Positions 56,075-64,000 of a stretch of 64,000 nucleotides of DNA are shown here, piece after piece; within the stretch, counting starts at the first letter, position 1; each line of letters starts with the position of its first letter. The stretch comes from Candidatus Nomurabacteria bacterium (GTDB lineage Bacteria; Patescibacteriota; Minisyncoccia; Phycocordibacterales; UBA9973). The stretch covers positions 32,893 through 96,892 of the forward strand of contig JBPOHQ010000008.1 in assembly GCA_052035405.1 (NCBI GenBank). The letters are read 5' to 3'. Below the pieces are notes generated by a model, which saw only the letters and a list, made by a program, of their open reading frames with translations, was not told the DNA's origin and ran no database searches. Position numbers and translations under genes: made by a program.

Positions 56075-57820
56075 ATGCAAATTAATGAAGATCAACTCAA
56101 AAGATTTATTTTAGATGCTGGGCTGATTAAACGAGCAGATCTTGATGCTATTGAGAAAAAAGCAATAGAACAAAAACAAAAACTAGGGGACATGCTTCTA
56201 ACTGAAGGAAAAATATCTGAAGTTGATCTAAAGAGAATGGAAGCGTTTGTTTTAGGTATTCCTTTCATAAACCTTATAAATGAAAAAATAGAATTAGACA
56301 TATTGTCTTTGATCCCAGAACCCCTTGCACACAAATACAATATTATTGCCTACAAAAAATCTGATAAGGGGTTAGAGGTTGCGATGCTTGATGTTGATGA
56401 TTTACCAGTTATTGATTTTATTAAAAAGAAGTCTGGTTATAAAATATTACCAAGACTTACCGATACTGCATCTATCAAAAGTGCATTGTTGCAGTATAAA
56501 AAAAGTCTTCAGGCGGAATTTGATACTATTATTCAAAAAGAAGTTGGACCACTTTCGGTTGCAAAAGAAGAAGGTGAAAAATCAGAAGCAGAACTTAAAG
56601 AGATGGCTGAAGACTTGCCTGTCGTAAAAATAGTTGATTCACTCATCTTTCACGGAATTTTACAGGGAGCATCTGATATACATATCGAGCCAGGAGAAAA
56701 TGATTTAACAGTACGATATAGAATAGACGGTATTTTGCATGATGCAATGATACTTGATAAAAATGCTGGTAGTGGTATTACTGCTCGTATTAAAGTGTTG
56801 TCTAATCTAAAACTTGACGAAAAAAGATTACCTCAAGACGGTAGATTTAAGATTGAGCAAAATGGAGACAAGGTGTCTTTTCGTGTCTCAACACTTCCAA
56901 CATTTTTTGGAGAGAAAACTGTTATCAGAATCTTGCGTGAAAATGCACATGGTTTTTCTCTTGAGGGATTAGGTTTTCATGGTGAAGGACTAGAAAGAAT
57001 TTATGAATCATTGAAACAAAAAACAGGTATGGTGCTCGCGACCGGTCCGACTGGTTCTGGAAAGACTACGACTCTCTATACTATGCTGGATATTTTGAAT
57101 AAACCAGAAGTAAATATATCTACAGTAGAAGACCCTATTGAGTATCAGATGCCTAGAGTTAACCAAACTCAAGTTAAATCAGAGATAGGTTTATCTTTTG
57201 CCAACGGGCTTCGCTCACTTCTTCGTCAAGATCCTGATATTGTGATGGTGGGGGAGATTCGAGATGGAGAGACAGCAAGTATTGCGGTCAACGCTTCTCT
57301 TACTGGTCACTTGGTGCTTTCTACTATACACACAAACTCCGCAGCTGGAGCCATCCCAAGACTTGTAGATATGGGAGTATTACCTTTTCTTATTGTTTCT
57401 ACAGTGAAGACTATTATTGCTCAGCGTCTAGTAAGAAGACTTACTCCTAGTAAGGAAAAATATTTCTTGTCAGAGGCAGAACTAGAAAGTTTAAGTAAAA
57501 TTGTTGATTTAGATAGAATGTTGGTATTCCTTAAAAAAGAAAAGATTGTTGGCGAGAAAGATGACTGGAAAACAATTCCTTTCTATAAGGCTGTAAAAAG
57601 TGCTGATTCTGAATCTGGTTATGCGAGTCGTGTTGGAATTCATGAAGTTCTAAAAGTAAGCAACACTATCCGCGAGATGATTATCAAAGGTGCTTCTCAA
57701 GATGAAATAGAAAAACAAGCAAAAGAAGAGGGAATGATGACAATGATAGAAGATGGTGTTTTTCAGGCCGTGTTAGGACTTACTACGATAGAAGAAGTAT
57801 TTCGTGTTGTCTCTGAGTAA
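56075..57820 (+). CDS. pilB: Type IV pilus assembly ATPase PilB (GspE family)
   Basis: GspE N-terminal domain; Walker A ATGPTGSGKTTTLY; Asp box; His box VLSTIHTNSAAGAIPRL. Confidence 0.9.
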   Translation: MQINEDQLKRFILDAGLIKRADLDAIEKKAIEQKQKLGDMLLTEGKISEVDLKRMEAFVLGIPFINLINEKIELDILSLIPEPLAHKYNIIAYKKSDKGLEVAMLDVDDLPVIDFIKKKSGYKILPRLTDTASIKSALLQYKKSLQAEFDTIIQKEVGPLSVAKEEGEKSEAELKEMAEDLPVVKIVDSLIFHGILQGASDIHIEPGENDLTVRYRIDGILHDAMILDKNAGSGITARIKVLSNLKLDEKRLPQDGRFKIEQNGDKVSFRVSTLPTFFGEKTVIRILRENAHGFSLEGLGFHGEGLERIYESLKQKTGMVLATGPTGSGKTTTLYTMLDILNKPEVNISTVEDPIEYQMPRVNQTQVKSEIGLSFANGLRSLLRQDPDIVMVGEIRDGETASIAVNASLTGHLVLSTIHTNSAAGAIPRLVDMGVLPFLIVSTVKTIIAQRLVRRLTPSKEKYFLSEAELESLSKIVDLDRMLVFLKKEKIVGEKDDWKTIPFYKAVKSADSESGYASRVGIHEVLKVSNTIREMIIKGASQDEIEKQAKEEGMMTMIEDGVFQAVLGLTTIEEVFRVVSE

Positions 57821-57823
57821 TAT

Positions 57824-59041
57824 ATGCTCTTTTTTTATAAAGCAAAATTAAAGAATGGAGAAATTATAGAAGCAACAATGGAAGGTGATGATAAATTTTC
57901 TGTTTCTAGAGAATTAAAATCCAGAGGTTATGCCCCTGTCACTATAATTGAGAAAAAAGAAAGTAGTTTTGACCCACTCGCTGTATTTAAATCACTCTTT
58001 GGTGGTGTTAAAAACAGTGAATTAATTATTGTTACTAAAAATTTAAGTGGTATGATCAAGGCGGGATTGTCACTTTCTCGTGCCTTATCTGTGCTTGAAA
58101 AACAAACAAAAAACGATGCTCTTCAAAAGATTTTAAATGCTGTTGTTTTAGAGATAAACTCAGGAGGCACACTTTCTTCTGGTTTGAATAAATTTCCAAA
58201 AACTTTCTCTAAGTTGTTCGTATCTATGACACGTGCAGGGGAAGAGTCTGGTAATTTAGCAAATTCACTTTCTGAAGTTGGTTTGATTTTAGAAAAATCA
58301 AATAACCTTACAAAAAAAGTTAAAGGTGCATTGATATATCCTGGAGTAATTATCACTGCGATGATTGTCGTGGGTGTGCTAATGTTTGCATTTATTGTGC
58401 CTACTCTAGCTAAAACTTTCAAAGAGTTGAATGTAGCATTACCGAAATCAACTCAAGCCGTAATTGCTCTAGGAGATTTTTTTTCAAATAATTTAATTTT
58501 AGCATTTGTTATTTTAATTTTAGCCGGTTTTGGACTTTTTTCTTTTTTTAGGGCTAAATTTATGGCTAAATATATAGACTTTGTAATCATACGTTTACCC
58601 ATGCTTGGAACAATGGTAAAAGAGATTAATACTGCTCGTACTGCTCGTACGATGGCATCGCTGCTTGTTTCTGGTGTGTCTATCACTCGCGCAATTGAAA
58701 TTACAGAAGATGTTGTTCAAAACATTTATTATAAAAAAATTTTAGTTAAAGCTAAAGAAGAGATAGAGAAAGGTTCTCCTTTTTCTCAGGCGTTTAACGA
58801 AAGTAATGGACTTTATCCTGTTATGATGACTGAGATGGTTCAGGTAGGAGAAGAGACGGGTAAATTATCAGACATGCTTTTGCAAATTGCTATCTTTTAC
58901 GAAGAGGAAGTTGAAAATAAAACAAAAAATCTTTCGACTATTATTGAGCCAGTTCTGATGGTTTTTGTTGGAGGTGGTGTTGGTTTTTTTGCCATGTCGA
59001 TGATTACACCATTGTATTCTATCCTGGATAATATAAACTAG
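57824..59041 (+). CDS. pilC: Type IV pilus platform protein PilC (GspF family)
   Basis: Two GspF repeats and three TM segments. Confidence 0.85.
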   Translation: MLFFYKAKLKNGEIIEATMEGDDKFSVSRELKSRGYAPVTIIEKKESSFDPLAVFKSLFGGVKNSELIIVTKNLSGMIKAGLSLSRALSVLEKQTKNDALQKILNAVVLEINSGGTLSSGLNKFPKTFSKLFVSMTRAGEESGNLANSLSEVGLILEKSNNLTKKVKGALIYPGVIITAMIVVGVLMFAFIVPTLAKTFKELNVALPKSTQAVIALGDFFSNNLILAFVILILAGFGLFSFFRAKFMAKYIDFVIIRLPMLGTMVKEINTARTARTMASLLVSGVSITRAIEITEDVVQNIYYKKILVKAKEEIEKGSPFSQAFNESNGLYPVMMTEMVQVGEETGKLSDMLLQIAIFYEEEVENKTKNLSTIIEPVLMVFVGGGVGFFAMSMITPLYSILDNIN

Positions 59042-59045
59042 TATT

Positions 59046-60014
59046 ATGAATAAATCCAAAAAAAAAGGTATCTCCGCAATAGAAGTAATAACAACTGTTT
59101 CTATTGTTGTTTTGATTACCGTGGTTGTTTTACCTCAGTTTTCAAAGATAAAAGAGAGACAGTCTCTGAATAACTCAGCCTCAACTGTCATAACAGCTCT
59201 TAATAAGGCAAGCTCACAGAGTCTTGCATCTGTAGACTCTTACGTTTATGGAGTTCGTTTTAATGCGAATTCTATTGTTGTCTTTAGAGGTACTACATAT
59301 TCAGCCTCTACGTTAAATGAAACGTTAGATATACCTAGTCCTTCTAGTATTACAGATGTTACTTTAAATGGTGTTAGTGCAATTCCAGGTGAAATGTATT
59401 TCAATAGGCTTACCAACATACCTTCAAAAACTGGTACAGTCACCATAACTACAGGTTCTTCTCAAAAAATAATTACAATTGGTGCTACAGGTATCGTAAG
59501 TGTCAGTGGAGCTTCTGGTAGTTCAAATTACAATTTAAATGTAACTGTCTCTAGCGGAGGTTCAGTATCGTCAAGTCCAGGGACTATCAACTGTAATCCA
59601 ACTTGTTCAAATAGCCTGAGTTCTGGAACGGGAGTAATTTTAACCGCTACTCCAAGCGGAGGGTATACCTTTTCTGGATGGTCCGGAGATTGTACTGGTA
59701 CAGGGACTTGTAGCCTAAGTATGAATTCAAACAAAAGTACAACAGCAACTTTTGTTCCTTCTGTTACTAACTATGATTTAAATGTCACGGTTTTAAGTGA
59801 AGGGACTGTAACATCGGATATTGGTTCAATTAGTTGTGACCCTACTTGTACAGAGAGTTTTTCTTCCGGAGACATTGTGACTTTAACTGCCAGCCCAAGT
59901 AAGTTTCATGTATTTTCTGAATGGGAAGGATCTTGTAAGGGTCAAGAAACAAATACCTGTGAACTTACGATGGACTCTACAAAAAATGTAACTGCAATTT
60001 TTGCTCCCGAGTAA
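59046..60014 (+). CDS. Large type IV pilin-like protein (class III prepilin signal G|ISAIEV)
   Basis: MNKSKKKGISAIEVITTVSIVVLITVVVL. Confidence 0.65.
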   Translation: MNKSKKKGISAIEVITTVSIVVLITVVVLPQFSKIKERQSLNNSASTVITALNKASSQSLASVDSYVYGVRFNANSIVVFRGTTYSASTLNETLDIPSPSSITDVTLNGVSAIPGEMYFNRLTNIPSKTGTVTITTGSSQKIITIGATGIVSVSGASGSSNYNLNVTVSSGGSVSSSPGTINCNPTCSNSLSSGTGVILTATPSGGYTFSGWSGDCTGTGTCSLSMNSNKSTTATFVPSVTNYDLNVTVLSEGTVTSDIGSISCDPTCTESFSSGDIVTLTASPSKFHVFSEWEGSCKGQETNTCELTMDSTKNVTAIFAPE

Positions 60015-60070
60015 TCTTTGACTATAAATTATTTTCCTTCAATCTTAAAGATGTTATAATTAGTTAGTAA

Positions 60071-60574
60071 ATGAATTTTCTGCTAAAAACAAAAAATATT
60101 TCAACTACTAAAAAACAAAAAGGTTTTTTAGTAGTTGAAATATTGGTTGCAGCTTCTATTATTACTCTTACTATTTTATCTGCTACGGTTGTTGCCCAAA
60201 AGTCTATTTACGTATCCCGTCAGGCACTTAATGCTACACAAGCAGCATACCTTTTAGAAGAAGGAGCAGAAGCTGTGCGAATTTACAGAGATAATACCTG
60301 GACTAATATTTCTGGTATGACAGTAGGTACTAATTATTACCCGCTTTTTTCTGGTGGTACATGGACTTTTCCAACATCTGCGTCAACTATAGGTATATTT
60401 ACTCGCAAGGTTGTCATCTCAAATGTAAATCGTGACAATTCAACAAAAGATATTGTGACAAGTGGAGGTACCGTAGATGCTGGTACAAAACTTGTTACTG
60501 TCACAGTGAGTTGGAACGAGGGCACTAATGTTATTACGAAGACACTGCCTTTTTATATAACTAATATATTTTAA
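60071..60574 (+). CDS. Type IV pilin/pseudopilin-like protein
   Basis: KGFLVVEILVAASIITLTILSA prepilin motif. Confidence 0.6.
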   Translation: MNFLLKTKNISTTKKQKGFLVVEILVAASIITLTILSATVVAQKSIYVSRQALNATQAAYLLEEGAEAVRIYRDNTWTNISGMTVGTNYYPLFSGGTWTFPTSASTIGIFTRKVVISNVNRDNSTKDIVTSGGTVDAGTKLVTVTVSWNEGTNVITKTLPFYITNIF

Positions 60575-60587
60575 TAATAAAAAGATA

Positions 60588-61085
60588 ATGAAACTTTTTC
60601 ATAAAAAAACATCCGGATACACCATGATAGAGCTTCTCTTTTATATCTCTATTTTTGCTGTAGTTTTTTTAATTATGATTAACTCCATCATGGTGATGAC
60701 TCGATCTTTCAGAGAAACTTCAGTTAATACAGACATAATTCAGAGTTCTAATATAATGGATAGAATTTCTCGTGAGATAAGAAAAGCAGAGTCTATACAT
60801 ACAATCAGCACCAATAGTCTTAAATTAAATACAACAAATGACGCAGGTACAGCGACGACAGTTCAGTTCTCGCTCTCCGGTTCTAATATTGTTTTTTACG
60901 ATAATGATGTTTTGCTTGGTAATTTAAATTCACCCAACGTATCGGTGACCGCACTAACTTTTACTCAGATAACAACAGCTAAAGGGGCTGCTGTAAAAGT
61001 ATTTATGACTGTTGTGTCTAATAATTATGGATCTACCCGTGCGGAGAATTTTTATGACACTATAGTATTAAGAGGTAATTATTAG
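60588..61085 (+). CDS. Type IV pilin/pseudopilin-like protein
   Basis: SGYTMIELLFYISIFAVVFLIM prepilin motif. Confidence 0.6.
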   Translation: MKLFHKKTSGYTMIELLFYISIFAVVFLIMINSIMVMTRSFRETSVNTDIIQSSNIMDRISREIRKAESIHTISTNSLKLNTTNDAGTATTVQFSLSGSNIVFYDNDVLLGNLNSPNVSVTALTFTQITTAKGAAVKVFMTVVSNNYGSTRAENFYDTIVLRGNY

Positions 61086-61098
61086 TATTTATATAAAA

Positions 61099-62388
61099 AT
61101 GATTTTTAATAAAAAATATAATTTCAGAAATAAAAAGCAAGGAGGTCAAGTAATGATACTTTCTGTTGTATTTTTTGTTTCTATTACACTCACTGTCATT
61201 GCTGGTCTAGTATCTCCTGCGGTAAGAGAGTTTAAAATATCTACTGATGCTATTCGTTCAAGGCAAAGTCTGTATTTGTCAGAGTCTGGAGCAGAAGATG
61301 CATATTATCGCTTAAAAAATCTTATGACTATTGGTTCCTCTGAGGTTATTACTCTAAATGGAAATACAGTTACGACAACGATCGATAGTTCTGTTCAAAA
61401 TGAAAATAATATTATTTCGCTTGCAGATGTTTCTTCTCGTCAACGCAAAACACAGTTAAAGCTCGTTTCTACTGATGGTGTTTCTTTTCAGTATGGAGTA
61501 CAGATTGGAGATGGGGGTATTCAGTTGTTTGGCACATCAAAGCTTGGGGGAAGTACATTTACCAACGGAAACATACAAGGACTTTCAAGTGCTTCACGCA
61601 ATATCATAGAAGGAGACGCTATTTCAGCTGGAGGTTCAATGCTTTATATAACGACCGATACTGTAGGTAAGGCTAATTTTATTTCAAACTCAACTATTGG
61701 TACTGACGCATACTACAATAGTATTATTAATACCACAGCTGGTACGTATCATCCTGGTTCACCAGATGTAGCTGATCTACCAATGCCAATCCTTGACCCT
61801 GTTATTGATGACTGGGAGGCAGATGCAGTAGCTGGAGGTACTGTAACTACTCCTTGTCCCGCTGGAAGATATACAATAAACAGTAATACTACTCTTGGAC
61901 CATTAAAAATAAATTGTAATTTTTTGTATATTGAAAGTAACGCTGTGCTTACTTTAACAGGGCCTGTATGGGTAACAGGTGACATTGTGATTAGGCAAAA
62001 CGCCTCTGTTATATCAAATGGGCCTACTGGTTTTGCTTTAATAGCGGACAAAACAAGTGATCACACTAATTCAAGTAGAGTTACAATAAATACAACACTC
62101 AGTACTAATTCAAATCCTACATACCATGTGGTACTTGTTTCTAGAAATTCTAGCACCTCTCAGGCTGCTATTGATGTTACTAATTCCAATAGTAGTTATA
62201 CACTTCCTTATATCTTATATGCACCAGATGGTAAGGCAGCTTTTAACTCAAGTATGAATATTAAAGTTATATCGGTGAAAGGTTTAAACGTATTAAATAA
62301 TGCATTTTTAGAATTTACTACGGGACCAATAGATCCATATTTTCCAACCTTTGGTTGGAGTTCCTCAATCTGGAAAGAAATTCAATGA
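61099..62388 (+). CDS. Pilus-associated hypothetical protein with an N-terminal TM (PilX-like position)
   Basis: VMILSVVFFVSITLTVIAGL; follows the pilin genes. Confidence 0.4.
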   Translation: MIFNKKYNFRNKKQGGQVMILSVVFFVSITLTVIAGLVSPAVREFKISTDAIRSRQSLYLSESGAEDAYYRLKNLMTIGSSEVITLNGNTVTTTIDSSVQNENNIISLADVSSRQRKTQLKLVSTDGVSFQYGVQIGDGGIQLFGTSKLGGSTFTNGNIQGLSSASRNIIEGDAISAGGSMLYITTDTVGKANFISNSTIGTDAYYNSIINTTAGTYHPGSPDVADLPMPILDPVIDDWEADAVAGGTVTTPCPAGRYTINSNTTLGPLKINCNFLYIESNAVLTLTGPVWVTGDIVIRQNASVISNGPTGFALIADKTSDHTNSSRVTINTTLSTNSNPTYHVVLVSRNSSTSQAAIDVTNSNSSYTLPYILYAPDGKAAFNSSMNIKVISVKGLNVLNNAFLEFTTGPIDPYFPTFGWSSSIWKEIQ

Positions 62389-62415
62389 CACTTTTCTTGT
62401 GTGGTATAATGACGT

Positions 62416-63177
62416 ATGTCTAAAAATATTGTAATCGGAAATTGGAAAATGCACCCTTTAACCCTAAAAGAAGGGGAGAAATTATTTGCAGATATTGCAA
62501 AACAAGTGCAAGCGTTTAAAAAAACAGATATCGTTATTTGCCCTCCTTTTTTATATATAGAAAAATTAAAAAAAATATCTAAAAAAATATATCTTGGATC
62601 TCAAAATGGATACCATGGGGATGTTGGTGCTTCCACAGGAGAGATCTCTTTTGGAATGCTAAGTAACTTAGGTGTTAGATATGTAATCTTGGGTCACTCT
62701 GAGAGAAGAACCCTAGGAGAATCAAATTTTGATATAAACAGAAAAATAAAATCAGCACTTTCTTTTAAAATTACTCCAATTTTGTGTGTTGGAGAGAGTG
62801 TTAGAGATGAAAACCATGAGTATTTAAATTTTATTAAAACTCAAGTAGAAGAGTGTTTGCTAGGTATTACAAAGATTTCTTTATCCAAAATTGTAATAGC
62901 ATATGAGCCTGTGTGGGCGATAGGTAAAGACGCTGCTCGTGTGGCCACCCCAGGGGAGTTTTTAGAAATCAGTATTTTTATTAAAAAGATACTTATTGAT
63001 AAGTTCGGCAAATTGGCAACACAGGATCTTCGCATTATTTACGGTGGGTCAGTTCACCCAGAAAATGCAGCATCTTTTCTAATAGAGGGCAAAGCCCAAG
63101 GCTTTCTGCCGGGGCGAGATTCTCTGAATGCAAAGAAGTTTTTAGAAATAATTAAAATTACAGAAAATACAAAATAG
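62416..63177 (+). CDS. tpiA: Triosephosphate isomerase
   Basis: GNWKMH, ILGHSERR, AYEPVWAIG. Confidence 0.9.
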   Translation: MSKNIVIGNWKMHPLTLKEGEKLFADIAKQVQAFKKTDIVICPPFLYIEKLKKISKKIYLGSQNGYHGDVGASTGEISFGMLSNLGVRYVILGHSERRTLGESNFDINRKIKSALSFKITPILCVGESVRDENHEYLNFIKTQVEECLLGITKISLSKIVIAYEPVWAIGKDAARVATPGEFLEISIFIKKILIDKFGKLATQDLRIIYGGSVHPENAASFLIEGKAQGFLPGRDSLNAKKFLEIIKITENTK

Positions 63178-63178
63178 T

Positions 63179-64000
63179 ATGCAAAGTATTAAAAAAATAA
63201 AAAATTTTAAAGGTAAAAAGGTAGTAGTAAGAGTCGATTTCAATGTACCTGTTAAAGATGGCAAGGTAGAAGACAATTTTAGAATTAAAAAAGGTATACC
63301 AACTATAGAATATCTAGTAAAAAAAGGAGCACAAGTTGTGATATTGATGCATTTAGGTAAAGATGGAAATAGTGATATAAATCCTGTGATTAAAGAGTTT
63401 TTCAGATTATCGAAGTTTTCAAAAGATAAAGTAGAGTTTTATAAAAATGTGAGGAGTTTTAAAGGCGAAGAAGAAAACAGTAAAGAGCTCGCAAAAGAGT
63501 TTGCTAAGTTAGGAGATATTTATGTAAATGATGCTTTCTCTGTCTCGCACCGAGCACATGCATCTGTCGTGGGTATTACTAAGTTTTTGCCGAGCTATGC
63601 AGGGCTCCAACTTGAAGAAGAAGTAAAGAATTTATCTGTTGTCTTTAATAAACCAAAACATCCATTTTTATTTATCTTGGGTGGTTCAAAGTTTTCTACA
63701 AAAATGCCTTTAATAAAAAAGTATTTAAAATTAGCAGACGCAGTATTTGTCGGCGGTGCACTTGCTAATGATTTCCTTAAAGCAAATGGTTGCGAGGTTG
63801 GTCAGTCTCTCGTAGACGGGGAAGGGTATGGTATCGAGAAATTACTAAAAGATAAAAAACTACTACTCCCTATAGATGTTGTTGTTCAAACAAAAAATGG
63901 TTTGATAACTAAAAATTCGCACCAAGTTCTAAAAGAGGAGACAATAATTGATATTGGTGAACAATCAGTACAATATCTCAATGGGTTAGTAAAAAGTTCA
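63179..64000 (+). CDS. pgk: Phosphoglycerate kinase, partial (runs off the window end); not in the ORF track
   Basis: Hand translation MQSIKKIKNFKGKKVVVRVDFNVP..., LMHLGKDG, VNDAFSVSHRAHAS; ATG 2 nt after the tpiA stop. Confidence 0.85.
   Translation, partial: MQSIKKIKNFKGKKVVVRVDFNVPVKDGKVEDNFRIKKGIPTIEYLVKKGAQVVILMHLGKDGNSDINPVIKEFFRLSKFSKDKVEFYKNVRSFKGEEENSKELAKEFAKLGDIYVNDAFSVSHRAHASVVGITKFLPSYAGLQLEEEVKNLSVVFNKPKHPFLFILGGSKFSTKMPLIKKYLKLADAVFVGGALANDFLKANGCEVGQSLVDGEGYGIEKLLKDKKLLLPIDVVVQTKNGLITKNSHQVLKEETIIDIGEQSVQYLNGLVKSS

Noticed and set aside
1-64000. Checked for alternative genetic code (UGA recoding as in some CPR lineages)
   Set aside because: Long, uninterrupted ORFs with recognisable full-length housekeeping proteins are obtained under the standard code. 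There is no sign of in-frame UGA inside conserved genes.

Overview
This 64 kb window is a low-GC bacterial chromosome segment with small, densely packed genes and mostly housekeeping content. Recognisable housekeeping genes are rsmA, uvrD, zupT, cca, yraN, xth, xerC/D, rpsO, pnp, comM, hup, rny, clpP, tig, ppa, nusA, tpiA and pgk. The gene content suggests a reduced, possibly CPR/Patescibacteria-like genome, but that is inference only. The rest of the window holds a Gram-positive-type type IV secretion (T4SS)-like cluster, a type IV pilus locus preceded by a giant collagen-like surface protein, a restriction-modification unit fused behind a LexA gene that carries a canonical SOS box, and a tRNA cluster. 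The most unusual signals sit around that tRNA cluster. (1) A 14-bp palindromic element (consensus about GTTYCACRTGRAAC) occurs as in-frame arrays, mostly 27 nt apart, inside yraN and cca, adding VxHET-type peptide repeats. (2) A promoter-to-terminator non-coding transcript of about 375 nt consists of about 12 different short hairpins spaced about 27 nt apart, and some of them match the same palindrome family. (3) Further unassigned structured non-coding regions lie at 23.1-23.66 kb and 20.88-21.03 kb. At least eight genes show a -10 hexamer 5-7 nt before the ATG (TATAAT-N6-ATG in two of them), consistent with leaderless mRNAs. Annotations rest on motifs read directly from the supplied translations; no database searches were possible.
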